A stretch of DNA of 64,000 bases from positions 9,619,200 to 9,683,199 of the forward strand of contig CM082593.2 in the NCBI GenBank assembly GCA_040954595.2. Reading direction: 5' to 3'. Under the pieces are notes generated by a model. The model ran no database searches. It was given only the letters and a program-made list of their open reading frames with translations, and had not been told where the DNA came from. How positions within the stretch are numbered: the stretch's first letter is position 1; every line of letters begins with the position of its first letter. Of the stretch, positions 62,909-64,000 are shown one piece after another. The position numbers and the translations under genes are program-made. The DNA is from Balanoglossus misakiensis. Its lineage: Eukaryota > Animalia > Hemichordata.

Positions 62909-64000
62909 GAAAGCCATAAAACATGTGGGATATCCGAGAATAGTTCTATTATTTGTAAAAATGGAGGTTGCTCGTCACAAAAAATAACAGAACCTGCTTG
63001 ACAGAAAAGTTCCATGAAAAAGACAGGGCATGTATAGATGTAATTTTTGATGCTTTGATACTATATTTTAGATTAGTTTTTCCTGTCCCAAAACACCATG
63101 CAATCTGTTGTATTATGTCTGCATATAATCAACAGTAATTGTTATTGAAAAGAAATAAAAGTGTGAGTTAAAATATTTGGGACTAAATTGCACTGCAGAT
63201 ACCTTGAAATCATCCTGGGTATCAGAGTTAAAAACTCTATTGCTTCCTCATGTCTCTGCCACAATGCACCTTCTCCTGGCAGCAAGAAATCTGCAATCCT
63301 TTCATAGTGGCTTTGCAGTAGTGTTGGTCGTCGCAGTATTTCGTACTGTATTCTGACGTTTTGGGAGCTGCTTTCCAATTTTGCTAATTTCAGATTCTAT
63401 AATTTGTGATGGATCTCTTTCTTTTGTCATCTCTTCTTCTGCACCTAGACGTATCATGGCATTACCTATGATACCACCTGGACGCTTGGAGGAAGTTGTT
63501 TTCGTCACTCTCCGTATTCGATTGAAAACTCGCTCCTGGTTTTCAGCATTTGTTGACCTCAGAGAAACCAATCTCAGTTGATCAGGTAGATGGACGGTGA
63601 TGTTATGGAAATACCGCCCGAACATCTTTCGTTTGGTAAGTTTCTTTGGCTTCTCAAATACCCTTTTGCACAATATTCCATGCAAAAATACAGTGTTATA
63701 CAATCGCAGAATCAGTCGTGGGCATCTGTCATTGTCATGTTTATAAGCAGTTTCGCTTATTTCAGCAAGCGTGTCAATAAGCTGACCATGCTCAGTATTT
63801 ATGTTGTTCTCGTGAAGATACTGGGACACCAGAAGGATAGCTTTGCGTGCATCGCATCCCCGAATTTCGTCTTTACCACCATATGTTGCCTGAATAAAGT
63901 TCTGTAACTTTACTGCTTCTTCTTTATCCTTGGTTTGTGCTGGAATTTCTTCTAACACATTGTGGATGTGTCCCTTCAGGTCACGGAGTGGCTCTGATGG

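Larger units (their letters stand above)
60259..64000 (-). pseudogene. Second RAG1/Transib-like transposase gene (different family), spliced and decayed, 5' part outside the window
   Basis: PSEPLRDLKGHIHNV at the window edge, then GRYFHNITVHLP and STNAENQERVF. Frameshift to QSHYERIADFLLPGEG. GT-AG exons at ~63203-64000, 62215-62416 (two in-frame TAA), ~61471-61833 and ~60259-60673. Confidence 0.7.

Overview
Eukaryotic, heterochromatin-like window, most likely from a marine invertebrate (inferred from repeat families and GT-AG introns). No host housekeeping gene is recognisable. An AT-rich ~90-bp satellite (~3985-52715) hosts many insertions: Helentron-type non-autonomous elements with internal 239-bp and 145-bp arrays, two solo LTRs, two copies of a truncated Rex1/Babar-like LINE, a captured Gypsy gag fragment, a Crypton-like element, and one copy of a TIR element with inverted 69-bp arrays (a second copy lies just right of the array). 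The key object is a 5115-bp DNA transposon (22596-27710) with CACT(A/G)CGGTCCA TIRs and a 3-bp TSD. It encodes a RAG1/Transib-like DDE transposase that lacks the usual Zn ligands, plus a convergent second gene of unknown function, and it sits in the tip of a palindrome. A second, different, decayed RAG1-like spliced gene runs off the right end. All family calls come from reading motifs by eye; no database searches were run.
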